Assembly (NCBI RefSeq): GCF_006345805.1
Contig: NC_042997.1
Span: 149,482,001 to 149,546,000, forward strand
Length of the DNA: 64,000 nucleotides
Source of the DNA: Octopus sinensis
Lineage: Eukaryota
Reading direction: 5' to 3'
Program-made: the position numbers and the translations under genes
Part shown: piece after piece, positions 52,660 to 64,000 of the stretch
How positions within the stretch are numbered: the first letter of the stretch is position 1
How the letters are laid out: each line of letters starts with the position of its first letter
The notes under the pieces: model-generated
The model's database searches: none
Told to the model about the DNA's origin: nothing
The model's input: only the letters and a program-made list of their open reading frames with translations

Positions 52660-53460
52660 ATAACACGGAAAATAAATAACACGAAGGAGATATTTGGGAA
52701 GTTTTGTATTACTTTTGAATACTGTCTTGGTGTAATATGGGTTGCATATCTTTTGTATCTTTTCGGAGAGGCCTTTCACATAGGGTAGACAGACAGTGGA
52801 CAATTTATAGGTTTCACCCTCTTTTTTTTTCTTCCTAGTTGGTGTGGAGAGTATGATTTTTGAGAGTAGTTTTTGCTTAGTAGATTGTTACTGAGCTTGG
52901 TCATTTCTCCGTGGTGGGTATCACGATCGCTACTTATATTCATTGCTCGATGTTTTAGGCACTGAGCAATCCTTCTCTTTACACTGCATGGATGGTGGGA
53001 GTTGAAGTTGAGGTATCTTCTAGTGAAGGTCTGCTTGCCATATACAGATGTCTTCAATACATTCTAGGTGCGTGTTCTTAATACGGCCAGGAATGCTAGC
53101 TGATTGTCTTTTTCTTTTTTCTATTGTGAACAGTATGGAGGGCTTTATTGAGTTCACGTGATCTAACAGCACTTGGATATCTTTCTGGTGGGGTCAGAGT
53201 ATGAAAGTGTCGACATATCGCAGCCGTAGGGTTGATTTTAGGGGTGTTGATACTAAAGCCAAATTATCAACGAATTCCATATATATATTGGCTATTATCA
53301 GTGATAATGGCGAACCCATAGCTAAACCCTCCTCTTGTCGATATACATCAGTGCCCATACTGAAGTAGGTAGTTTCTACACAGAAGGTCAACATTTCCAT
53401 CAAGTTTCTTATTAGTATACTAGTGCGATCTTTTAGATAGGTGTCTTCATTCGGGATCTT
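52660..53460 (-). mobile_element. Penelope-like RT/thumb remnant (same family as 19310-20430)
   Basis: YRQEEGLAMGSPLSLIIANIYME, LRYVDTFIL, RYLNFNSHHP, LPYVKGLSEKIQKI...VFKSN. Confidence 0.9.
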
Positions 53461-53904
53461 TCAATGAGCTAGGCTTGAAGCGAACTCATTACAGTTAGTT
53501 GTTTGTTGTTTAAATGCGAGGAGGTAGTTTTCAATCTGAAATTTAACCATTAGTAAGCTTTTGCGGTTGGATTCAGTTTCACACCAGTTGCTGGCCTAAG
53601 GCAGAATTCTATTTAATTGGTCGAAACTTATGTTAATATTTTGGCAGTCTTTTTTGTGTATTGTAGTAGATGGATACTTAATAAACTTACTTTCCACTAT
53701 AGTTCTTGTAATACATTTTAATTGAGGGTGGTACAATTGTATGTAATGTTTTTAGCTATTCAGATATTTTCACATCTGTGGAATGTCTGCTGGATAGTAG
53801 AAAGAAGAAAGAATATATACTAGGTGAATTAAGAAAAGATCATGAATTTGGGAAGTTTAGAACATGTGCTTCTATCCTTATTTTCTATCCTTCTATCCTT
53901 CTTT

Positions 53905-54250
53905 TCTCCCCCAGCTGCGTGTACTCCATCCCATTCAGCTGTGGTAAGATATACAAAAGCGGAATATGCCGCCCCCTCAAAATAAAGGTAGAGGAACATT
54001 GCAAAGTTGTAACACGTGGAGATATTGATAAATCAGGTATATCTGATCATGTATGTAAAAACGGAAACAACCTTCTCCTGTGGATGAAATTAAAATAATA
54101 GGCAGACAATACCACTGGAAAATAAGAAAACTAAAAGAAGCAGCACATATGCTAGGGCACAGCAACCTCCTAAGCAGACCGAGGGCATATATGAATATCA
54201 TATGGGAACTGGTATTAAGGAAGGATAGGAGAATATAATATTTATAACCC
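53905..54250 (+). mobile_element. Penelope-like GIY-YIG endonuclease remnant
   Basis: CVYSIPFSCGKIYKSGICRPLKIKVEEH...KSGISDHV...KIRKLKEAAHM. Confidence 0.8.
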
Positions 54251-54276
54251 ATAAAATTCACTCCGTAATTGCCCAC

Positions 54277-54327
54277 GGGCATATGGCGCAGTGGTGAAGA
54301 GCGTGGGCTGCTAACCCTAAGATTCCG
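54277..54327 (+). mobile_element. Truncated tRNA-derived SINE head
   Basis: GGGCATATGGCGCAGTGGTGAAGAGCGTGGGCTGCTAACCC; A-box present, B-box missing. Confidence 0.55.
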
Positions 54328-54410
54328 ATAAGATGTTAGTGTCAAAGATAACCTATTGAAGGTCTTTATAATAATAATTATGGTAACAACAACAACAACA
54401 ACAACAATAA

Positions 54411-54480
<70 letters not shown>

Positions 54481-55911
54481 TAAACTTAGTGGTCTGTTAC
54501 AATTTCACTTTCTCTACTACAAGTATAGATTAAAATATGTTCTGAGATTATATGAATTGTTATTGAAGTGCTTGATTGTGAAAATGTTATCAATGGTTTG
54601 TCATGGACTTTTAGCATACACTGCGAAACTACAGCCTAAAAGACAGATGAGAACTCGACTCAAGCATTGGTGTTAGGAAACCAAACCATACCAAATGTCG
54701 TGCTATCCCGATACCGCTGCCGCCAAACTGAACATGTTTAAATAAACCAGACATTTAATGGTTCGTTGTGGCATGTGGAAAAATGTCTACTGGCAATGTC
54801 CATCTGAGGATTTCATTACAGGTGTCCCTTTTACAATATTTTAATCATGAAATTATAACTGACCCAAGAAAATAAAAGAAGACTCTTACACAATGTAAAG
54901 TGGTATAGGATCAAACCGGGAATTACATGATTGAAAAGCGAACTTCTTAACTCCACGACTATAAAAAGGAAAAAATGCCATTTCTTCTGATCTTCCTTTC
55001 ATTTAAGAATAAGCGTCTTATATTTCAAGCCAGTAAGAAACCAATATATTCACATATTATATTCACTGCAAGTAGGGCAACTAAATAGCTGACCTGCATT
55101 TTTTAACATGACTTGGAATTGCTAATCAATAAAACGTTAGAAGAAATTTCTGCACAACTGATGTAGAGTTTCATTGATTCATCTTACAAGATTGACGGAC
55201 GTAATATAAATAAGAGAAACAATGATTTCCTTCTCTAATGCTCTTCATATTTTCCTCCTTCCTTTGGGGATACGTCAAAAGATAAGCTTTTCAGCAGTAT
55301 CTAGACAACATTAATGATGTGTAAAACGACATTACGAAATAAATCAATGACAATCCCTGATAACTATTTCAGAAGGCATGTCATAGTGTATTAGAGATTT
55401 TTCTAGTTAGATATTGACAGTAATGGCTAACAATTGGACGATAAACTGAGATATCTAGTGTTCAGTTGTGTTATCAAAATTGATGTCATTCATAAAACTC
55501 TGCTGCACCCAGGGATGAGCTTGTTATATTCACATCATTTCTTTTCTGTGGTTTTTCCTATCTCTTCTTCTGTATATGTATCTACATCTATATATTTCGG
55601 GCCCTATCCCAAAATTTCTCTATATCTATCTTTCACATCTCACACTCTCTGTCAATGAGTTAATGCACACATTTATATAACCACGCACTTTAATACAACA
55701 TATTGTTTATCTCAACACTACTTAGTGCGCTGCCTCTCCATTACCGACTCTCGCTTAATAATTCTCTTTTCCTATATGTTATATATATATATATATATAC
55801 ACGAACACATATAGGTATATATATATATGCAAATATATACGTATACATGTACACACACTTACATACGTACATACAGGCAAACATACATGCATACATATAT
55901 ATATATTTATG

Positions 55912-55977
<66 letters not shown>

Positions 55978-56363
55978 TGTATATATATACATGTATGTGT
56001 ATATGCAACTAGTGCATAAGATGTATACAACAGATGAACGCACTAACAAAGACCTCGTAACACAGTACTAGAGAAGATTAACATAAATAACATGATATAA
56101 AGACAGTAATGTTAAAAATACTTCCTCATCAATGTCACGTTCCAAGATTTAACTCGCGAACTAGCTCTTTAATGACCAATGCAATGTATAAATTCCACTG
56201 AAAAGTGGGAGTCGTAAATTTAATGTTTGTAACTGGTCTAGTGAGTGTACACACCAGCAAAACACACTACTACCGTTGTCACATGCGACCGCAAGTAAGA
56301 ATGGTAGAGCTCTGCATAACAAAACAAACATTATAAATACAAGTGATAAACAATTAAGTAAAT

Positions 56364-56404
<41 letters not shown>

Positions 56405-56546
56405 CATGTGTATATATATATATCTATCTCTGTCTCTCTCTCTATATATATATATAAATACATATACATTCATATGTACATATACGTACTCACACACACA
56501 TACCTATATATATATATATATAATATATATATATATAATATATATA

Positions 56547-56605
<59 letters not shown>

Positions 56606-56649
56606 TCTGTGTGTGTGTGTGAATGATGCAAGCTGTAGACCACACCACA

Positions 56650-57480
56650 CATCTGTATGAGTGAAGTATCTACATCAGCTCACATCCATGAACAACTAAA
56701 AAATATCAGCAGTTAGTGAAACGTTGGCAGACATATGCATCTCAGGATATGAGACTTAGCTTGGACATTCATTTTATGCAGTACCCTACCAGTCATTACT
56801 GAACATATTAGAAATTTCCAAGCAGAATGTGATCTACAGGCTTTTCATGAAGGTCTATTACCACAAAGTACATTCCCAGCTGCCATCTACACATGTCCAT
56901 CCCATAGGAGCAACAATTGTTTCAATATCCAGAACCTTGTTTGTGTACCTCGTATAAATGCTCCACTTAATGATTAGGTAACCTTTCCAAAATCGGTTAT
57001 TGGGCTTTGGACATTTAGTAATACAAACAGTATCGGCAAGCCAAATTATCAATGACCACTTGGTGACTTGTTCCATATCATGAGAAATCGAGAAACAAAA
57101 ACATACGGCATGAAGAAAGCCTAGCTTACATATTACGAATTGATTGTATATCCTGTACAATGTCAGGTTGCTCATGAATGATGTACGGTGACAGGTTTTT
57201 GCTGAGGTACTTAGAAGTTAATCAGCGACCTAATTGTTTCCAAATAAAATGGGGTGGAGAGGAGTCAATTTGTGGAGCTAATGCGTGTACATCACCAATC
57301 AGGAAAGAATGGTCAGTGGGAGTCATGAAATAAATGAATTTCTCATTAACATGTAAATGATTTAACATGTAGCGGAAATAAAAGGTGCCAATGAATGAGT
57401 AGAAATGATTTTGTGATGTTGAACATATGAGAAAATAACGAGGAAGCCGACTAAAACTGCAAGGACAGCACACATGTAAG
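56650..57480 (-). mobile_element. Old RTE/L2-like RT remnant
   Basis: Degenerate NRFWKG...IYT..TNKVL followed by YFVVIDLHEKPVDHI, resembling the QxGFRxG and DLEKAFD motifs. Confidence 0.3.
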
Positions 57481-57662
57481 TGAAATATATGTGCGTCTGA
57501 ATGCGGTATTATATTTAAAGACGTCTACAAACACAACAAAGATATGAATGAAGATAAAGGATAGTGGAGATTGCGAATATCAGCAACATCGTCAAACAAA
57601 GGAAATCAGTGAAAATTTATATATATATATATGTGTGTGTGTGCGTAATAGTAGTAGTAGGT

Positions 57663-57988
57663 GAGGGCGCGTGGCTTAGTGGTTAGGGCATTCGGCTCAT
57701 GATCGTAAGGTTGTGAGTTCGATTCCCGGCGACGCGTTGTGTCCTTGCGCAAGACACTTTATTTCACGTTGCTCCAGTCCACTCAGCTGGCAAAATTGAG
57801 TTGTACTTGTATTTCAAAGGGTCAGCCTTGTCACTCTCTGTGTCACGCTGATTATCCCCGAGAACTACGTTAAGGGTACACGTGTCTGTGGAATGCTCAG
57901 CCATTTGCACGTTAATTTCACGAGCAAGCTGTTCCGTTGATCGTATCAGCTGGAACCCTCGTCGCCGTAACCGGCGGAGTCTTTTTTT
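57663..57988 (+). mobile_element. tRNA-derived SINE (third family) inserted in (TAG)n
   Basis: GGGCGCGTGGCTTAGTGGTTAGGGC...GTGAGTTCGATTCCC (A and B boxes), T-run tail; TAGTAGTAG on both sides. Confidence 0.85.
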
Positions 57989-60341
57989 AGTAGTAGTAGT
58001 AGTTGTTGTTGTTGTTGTAGCAGTAAGGTGAATAGCGTTGAAGTCCTCACCTTGAAAAGCAAACGTTACTTTATGACGTATGTGGTGTAAAATATTATTA
58101 AAAATTAATAAAAGCTGTTGAAATCCTACTATTTATTGAAAAGACTATATTTTTCTCTGTTAAATTGTAGCTAGTAGGTCTCTCGGTTATATGTCATCTG
58201 GGATAAGTGACGTTATCAAATTTCGTCTCATTGTTACAATCAATATTTAAACAAATTTCCTTTAGCATTCAAGTATCAGTGTTAACGCTTTCTACGGCGA
58301 ATAGGGAGATGTTTCATAAAGTTTATTTTTCTCTCTTCAATGACGGGCACTATTCAAAACATTATGATACATAACAATAAAACACTACCATATAAAAATC
58401 AACGTGGCATGTTCCAATAAATTTTCCACTTAAATCGCACAGAGAAAATTCCTTCAAAATATTGAATTTAGCTTAATGGATCGTAAAATAAAATAGTGTC
58501 AAAACTGCAGCAACAAAATCGAGTAAAAGATTCACATAAGCTATGCTCGTAGCGTAATTCTACGCTTGATCTGTTGCACAAAATTAAACAGATCCAACAG
58601 CGTTCAAATACAGTTGTATATTTACAACTACAGTTAATTTTTTAAAAATTACTACGTATTTCTAAGCTAGCTTTCCAATAATATCGTCTCAGGCATTCAG
58701 TAAACAAGTAATTGTGTTACTTTCGTTTTAAATCTGTAAACCGGTCTAATATATGCCATAGGAAAAAATTCTAAGTTTTTGATTAATAATATACACTTTT
58801 GACAAGCATAGAATATAAAAATGTTTTTATCTGTTTCTAACTTACATTCTTTATTGCTTATTTAATTGTGCTTCCATTGTTTTTGTCTTCCAATTTTCTA
58901 ACAAATCCGTAAAATAGCAAATGGGAAGCTGTCAAAATATCATTCCAAATATTATAAAGTAAAATGCCAAAAGCCATGTGAATTCAATAGCTGGCAAAGA
59001 ACTTAAATATCTTACTTAATCAAATTAAACAACGACTGAAATTGCTAAAATAGGTAACACATACATTTACCAATCGGTCACGTCTTTAAAATAATTATCT
59101 TTTCGCGATGGTCATAACCTAAAGTAACATTTTTATATAAATAAACAAATCTGACAATTTGCCGATAGGTCAACATAAAAATCAGAATCACAAACTCATT
59201 ATGACATTTCTGGCCATCGTATAAAATCAATTAAGAGAATCAGTGTTGAATTTTTTTTTTTCAGACAGAGCGGAAATTGATATTTTTTATGATATTATCA
59301 GTATGTGATATATAATTAATTGTGTGTGTGCATATATTTGAACAATGCTTTTACAACATCTAGTTCTGTTTTGATTTTTATCTTCCTACCCCACATACAC
59401 TAACTGTGTCATCCGGTCTCCTAGGTCATCGTATTCACCTTCTGTGTAATTGCAACGACGATTTTATCACCTGGTGAATATATACACGTTGTATGGATAT
59501 ACGAATTCAGTAAAACCCACATGAGCTTGACAAGTCGTCTACGAGCCTGCACTCTCCCATTATCCTCTCCTTTTCGAGTCTTGAACCCATTCATCGGTTT
59601 TAACACCGTGTACGCATTTTACTTCCTGCAGCTCAACACAAGCACTCACCGTGTCCCCACTAATCTATCTTCCCATAGGAACCCGTAATAACTTACAAAA
59701 ATTATTCGATCATAGCTCTTCCAACTCTTGCCTTTCCTGGTTCTTCAACTTATCTGTTCCGTTGTCAAATCTTTCCGTTGCTCACTATCCCCAACTTTCT
59801 CAAATCGCTCAACAGCTGCGGCTGCCACGTATTCAAATCTCCCTTCTGCATTTTTACGGACGTCATCCAATATTGTAATGCTCCCATTACGATGTTTTAT
59901 ATTCTTGTAAATCCGAAAAACCCTTCGCAGAGTGATTCACGGAATATCTGTCAGCTATCCGGCTCAGGAAAATATCAGAGGCTGTTCTAACTTCGAAACA
60001 TATGCCTTCTCCCTCCAAGCACATATACAGAAACTCCTCCAGAATTCTCTCTCTCACACACACCCACACACACACACACACGCACACACACACATACACA
60101 CACACCCACATATACATACACTAACACATGCCTGTGACTGAGTTCTCTCTTCTTCAATAAAGCACCCCATTTATAGGAACATTCAACTTTCGGTGAGCCA
60201 CCAGGTAGCAGGTAGTTCAACATAAAAGGAATGTTCCAACAGGTATTTTGTTAACAGTAACATGTCTCTTGGTTTTAAAATACCAACCTTCTATTGACTG
60301 ACTTTCTCTGACAAATGTATGTACTTATGTATGTATGTATG

Positions 60342-60375
<34 letters not shown>

Positions 60376-61179
60376 TGTTTGTATGTACGTAACTTTCCTC
60401 AAGACTCCTTCAGTACTAGAATTTGTGGTACTGTTGACGCTTTCATATATTGCAACATACTGTATCCCCGTGTAACATTCCAATGGAAGTGTGGCCATGT
60501 TAAATTGTCTCCTTGGTTAAAAATAAATACTTTCCATCACACAGACATTCATATAGTTTTCTTTTACGACATTTTCACTGAAAAATATTTTGCTCCACCG
60601 TAATATATGTTCAATAAATTCAGATTAACTTGCTCCCTCACTCTCTTAATTGTATTTTCTCTCTGATGTCTTGCAAACAACTTACACATGAAAGTGCTAC
60701 CAGTCAAAAACTCCGCATACCGGAAGCCAGTAAGCGCATGGGGTCATCAGGAGAGAATGCGCACCGTCTCGGGGCCTACCTCTCATTGTATTTTCTCTCT
60801 GCCACTCATTACCTTCTGCGTACATACAAATACACATATGTATATATATATTTTGGCAGGTTCGCTAGAGTGTCTGATAAATTACATTGCTGTAGTCAAA
60901 TCACCTTTCTTAGCTCTGGGTTCAAATCATGCTAAATTACTTTATCCATTCATCGTTTCAGGTTCGACAGAAATAGCAGCACAACTATACTTCTCTCTGT
61001 ATCTGTCTGCCTTTCTCTTTCACTCTGTTGTGGTCAGATCTGGAGAGGGGTAGTTTCTGCTACTCTGTATACTAAAAAAAAACAAAAAAAATATATATAG
61101 TCTATGTATCAATCTATCAGCCTTTCTATCTTTATACAGACACACATAGACAAACACTCAAACACACACATGCACACAC

Positions 61180-61246
<67 letters not shown>

Positions 61247-61354
61247 TATATATATATTATATATATATATATGTGTGTATATATATATATGTATATAGGT
61301 ATATATGTATATATATATATGTATATATACATATGTATATATATATATGTATAT

Positions 61355-61396
<42 letters not shown>

Positions 61397-62076
61397 ATTA
61401 TATATATATATATATATCCAATATAAACTACAGTTACAGATAAATATTAAAGAGAACTACAAAGATGCCAAGAATTTATTTGATCATAGTGGTGGAAAAC
61501 AGTGTAATGAATAAAAATAGTAATTTTAAATATCAATACATCAGAAGACGTAGAGAAAAAAGAAGCAAACATTAGAAATAAAACGCCTTCGAGAAATCGT
61601 GTAATATCTGCATAAGGTCAGGAGAGAATTTGAGAATTTTTTTTTAAATCTAAAGCAAACTCAAAAATATTTTTAAATAATTACAAGTCCCCTCCGCTAG
61701 AAATGAGGTAAAAAAATGAAAGGATACAATATGTTCACTAAAGAAGTTTTGTAAAACACATCTAACATCTATTGCTTAGAAATATAGTTGGAAACAAATT
61801 TTCATTCATATATAATTCGCAATTCTCTAAAATTTTACGAAAGGGAAAAATTCCATATCCAACATAAAGTCAATAATTGACAAAATGAAAAACATATTCC
61901 TTACAAAATTTACTGGGCAGCTAAGCAACGCACAAAAAAACCCAACTCTAGCAAAGGCAATGTTTAAAACACAAAGTAAAGTTAATAAAATTATTAAAGA
62001 TGCTTTCATGCCAACATAACAAAATGGAAATTTATACATACAAACACAATCATAATGATGGACAGGCGAACATGGG

Positions 62077-62149
<73 letters not shown>

Positions 62150-62756
62150 GACAGGGAGAACAATAGAGAGACATGCTCACAGATCGCTGGATAAATACAG
62201 TCATATATACATACATATGCACCTGCGCGCACACACGCATACACACAAACACACATATTTATTTATATTGCATACGATTTCATCCACAACTGCTTATACA
62301 CAGACACACCTAATGTGTAACTTCCTGCATTTAGGCTGAAAAGAAACAGAATTTCCTTAGGAAATTCGGCTTGAATTCACGTGGCCTAGTGAATTAGACA
62401 TAACAAATAATTTTTTTTTTTATATGATATTATGAAGAAAGCAAATAATTTGCCTATTTCATATATTCAAAATTTCATTAAGAATGTCTTTGTTATCAGA
62501 AAATAAACAAAATAATGACCTTTACATTCTGATATTTTGATGTTCTCGTATTTGCATTATCACTGTGTCGATGTCGAAGAAATCATACCAATATAGCTTT
62601 ACGAGTATTAGTAAAAAAATATTGCCTTCATCAACAATATTCTTTGTCCAACATTTAAAATTTGAACACCGCATATTGAAGTTATTACGATTACACCAGT
62701 TGAAGCATGGTGAGAACTATTGAATGCAAATAAACTAGGTTATATATAATATATAT

Positions 62757-62819
<63 letters not shown>

Positions 62820-62822
<3 letters not shown>

Positions 62823-62862
62823 CGCAGAAGTGGGTGTGTGGTAGGTAGTTGCTTACCAGCAT
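62820..62862 (+). mobile_element. Truncated 15693-family SINE head after (TA)n
   Basis: AGGCGCAGAAGTGGGTGTGTGGTAGGTAGTTGCTTACC. Confidence 0.55.
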
Positions 62863-63785
62863 ATGTCGCTAGTTGTCCTGTTGCTTACAGAGAGAGAAGA
62901 CGCGAGCTTTGGCACCGTGAATAGAAAAAAAAGAACAAAATGAAAAGTCGTCAAGGTGAGATGTTTTTTTTTTTTATTTTGTCCGAGGTTGGTGTGAATT
63001 TATTGCCTTTTCTATTTTTCAGCAAGTTCCTGCCTAGCTCTAGGGCAATTTCGTCTGTCTTGGAGTGGGAAATTATCCCACCCAAGCAGTGGTTAAAAGA
63101 TATGGAGGAGAGGAAGGTGGTGGGTAGAACTTACTCTAAAGTTCTCGATACCATCACCGTCTTCCCAAAACCAACTACTGAAACTTTTTATACATGAGAA
63201 TAAATTGAGATAGCGCATAAAGATCTAATACTAGATAGTAATCGTATAATGGTGTATAAAGAGCTAATACTAGATAGTAATCGTAAAAAAAGTATTAAAG
63301 AGGTAAAAAGGGTTAAAGAGAGAGTAAGATGTATAAGAGGGTCTTATGTTTGCATAAAAAAAACTAATATTCCTTAGTATGTATTAAATATAAGGCAGGA
63401 AAATAAGTAAATATAGAAAGATAGTTGCTAATATTACAATTTAAATAGTAAATACTTGCTGTAGTTATAAAGATGAAAGACGTGAAATTGAAATAGGGAA
63501 AAAATGTAGTAATACGGAAAAATAAATAAATCAATGTAGGGAGATAAATGAGGTGAGAATGAAAATAGTAAATAAGTAAAAAGGTTTATTTTAGTTATAT
63601 ATTCATGTACAAGGTTATACAGTAGCTGTGTTTTAGTATAAAAAAATTTTATTATGAGGTAAATACTAGCTTAGTATTATGTGAACGGGATATGCAGTAA
63701 TAGTTGGGTAGTATTGATATTCAAGTAATGGTAGAGTATAGTCAATTATGTACATAAGAAAACATAGGAGTGCACCCTCCTACAT

Positions 63786-63827
<42 letters not shown>

Positions 63828-64000
63828 AACAAAATAATATATAAACATATGCATATATACATACATATATGTACATACCTACATATCTATATGTATATAT
63901 ACATGCATATAAAGGACACCAAAAGAACGTTGAATAAGAAACGAAAAATTAGAGTAAAACACATACAACACAAGGAATATTCCCCTTCTCCAGTTGTCCC

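Noticed and set aside
44365-57730. tRNA-like sequences (44365, 54277, 57663)
   Set aside because: They are SINE heads; cloverleaf stems are incomplete and the 57663 copy continues into a SINE body.
62940-63110. ATG plus a 67-nt GT-AG intron-like segment
   Set aside because: The spliced product is only ~29 aa, directly follows a truncated SINE head, and is probably repeat-derived.

Overview
Very AT-rich eukaryotic DNA saturated with (TA)n, (CA)n, (TAA)n and (TATC)n microsatellites and decayed transposons. The tRNA-derived SINE families look like those of octopod cephalopods (Octopus sp.; recognition-based inference). No host protein-coding gene can be called confidently: almost all ORF-track entries are microsatellite translations, and only a few weak exon candidates remain. 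Recognisable elements are a Helitron with a broken PIF1-type helicase, a non-autonomous Helitron, three Penelope-like (PLE) RT/GIY-YIG remnants, two CR1/L2-type LINE fragments, a stack of four Dong/R4-type 3' fragments, an L1/Tx1-like ORF1 remnant, old RTE-like remnants and many SINEs. The most interesting signal is a set of non-coding repeats carrying minimal type I hammerhead ribozyme (HHR) motifs, in at least four distinct families. These include ~541-bp and ~562-bp tandem units (retrozyme/PLE pLTR-like) that end at homologous positions against (TA)n. Several fold-back inversions of graded divergence sit next to TA arrays. The near-identical duplications could partly be assembly artefacts.
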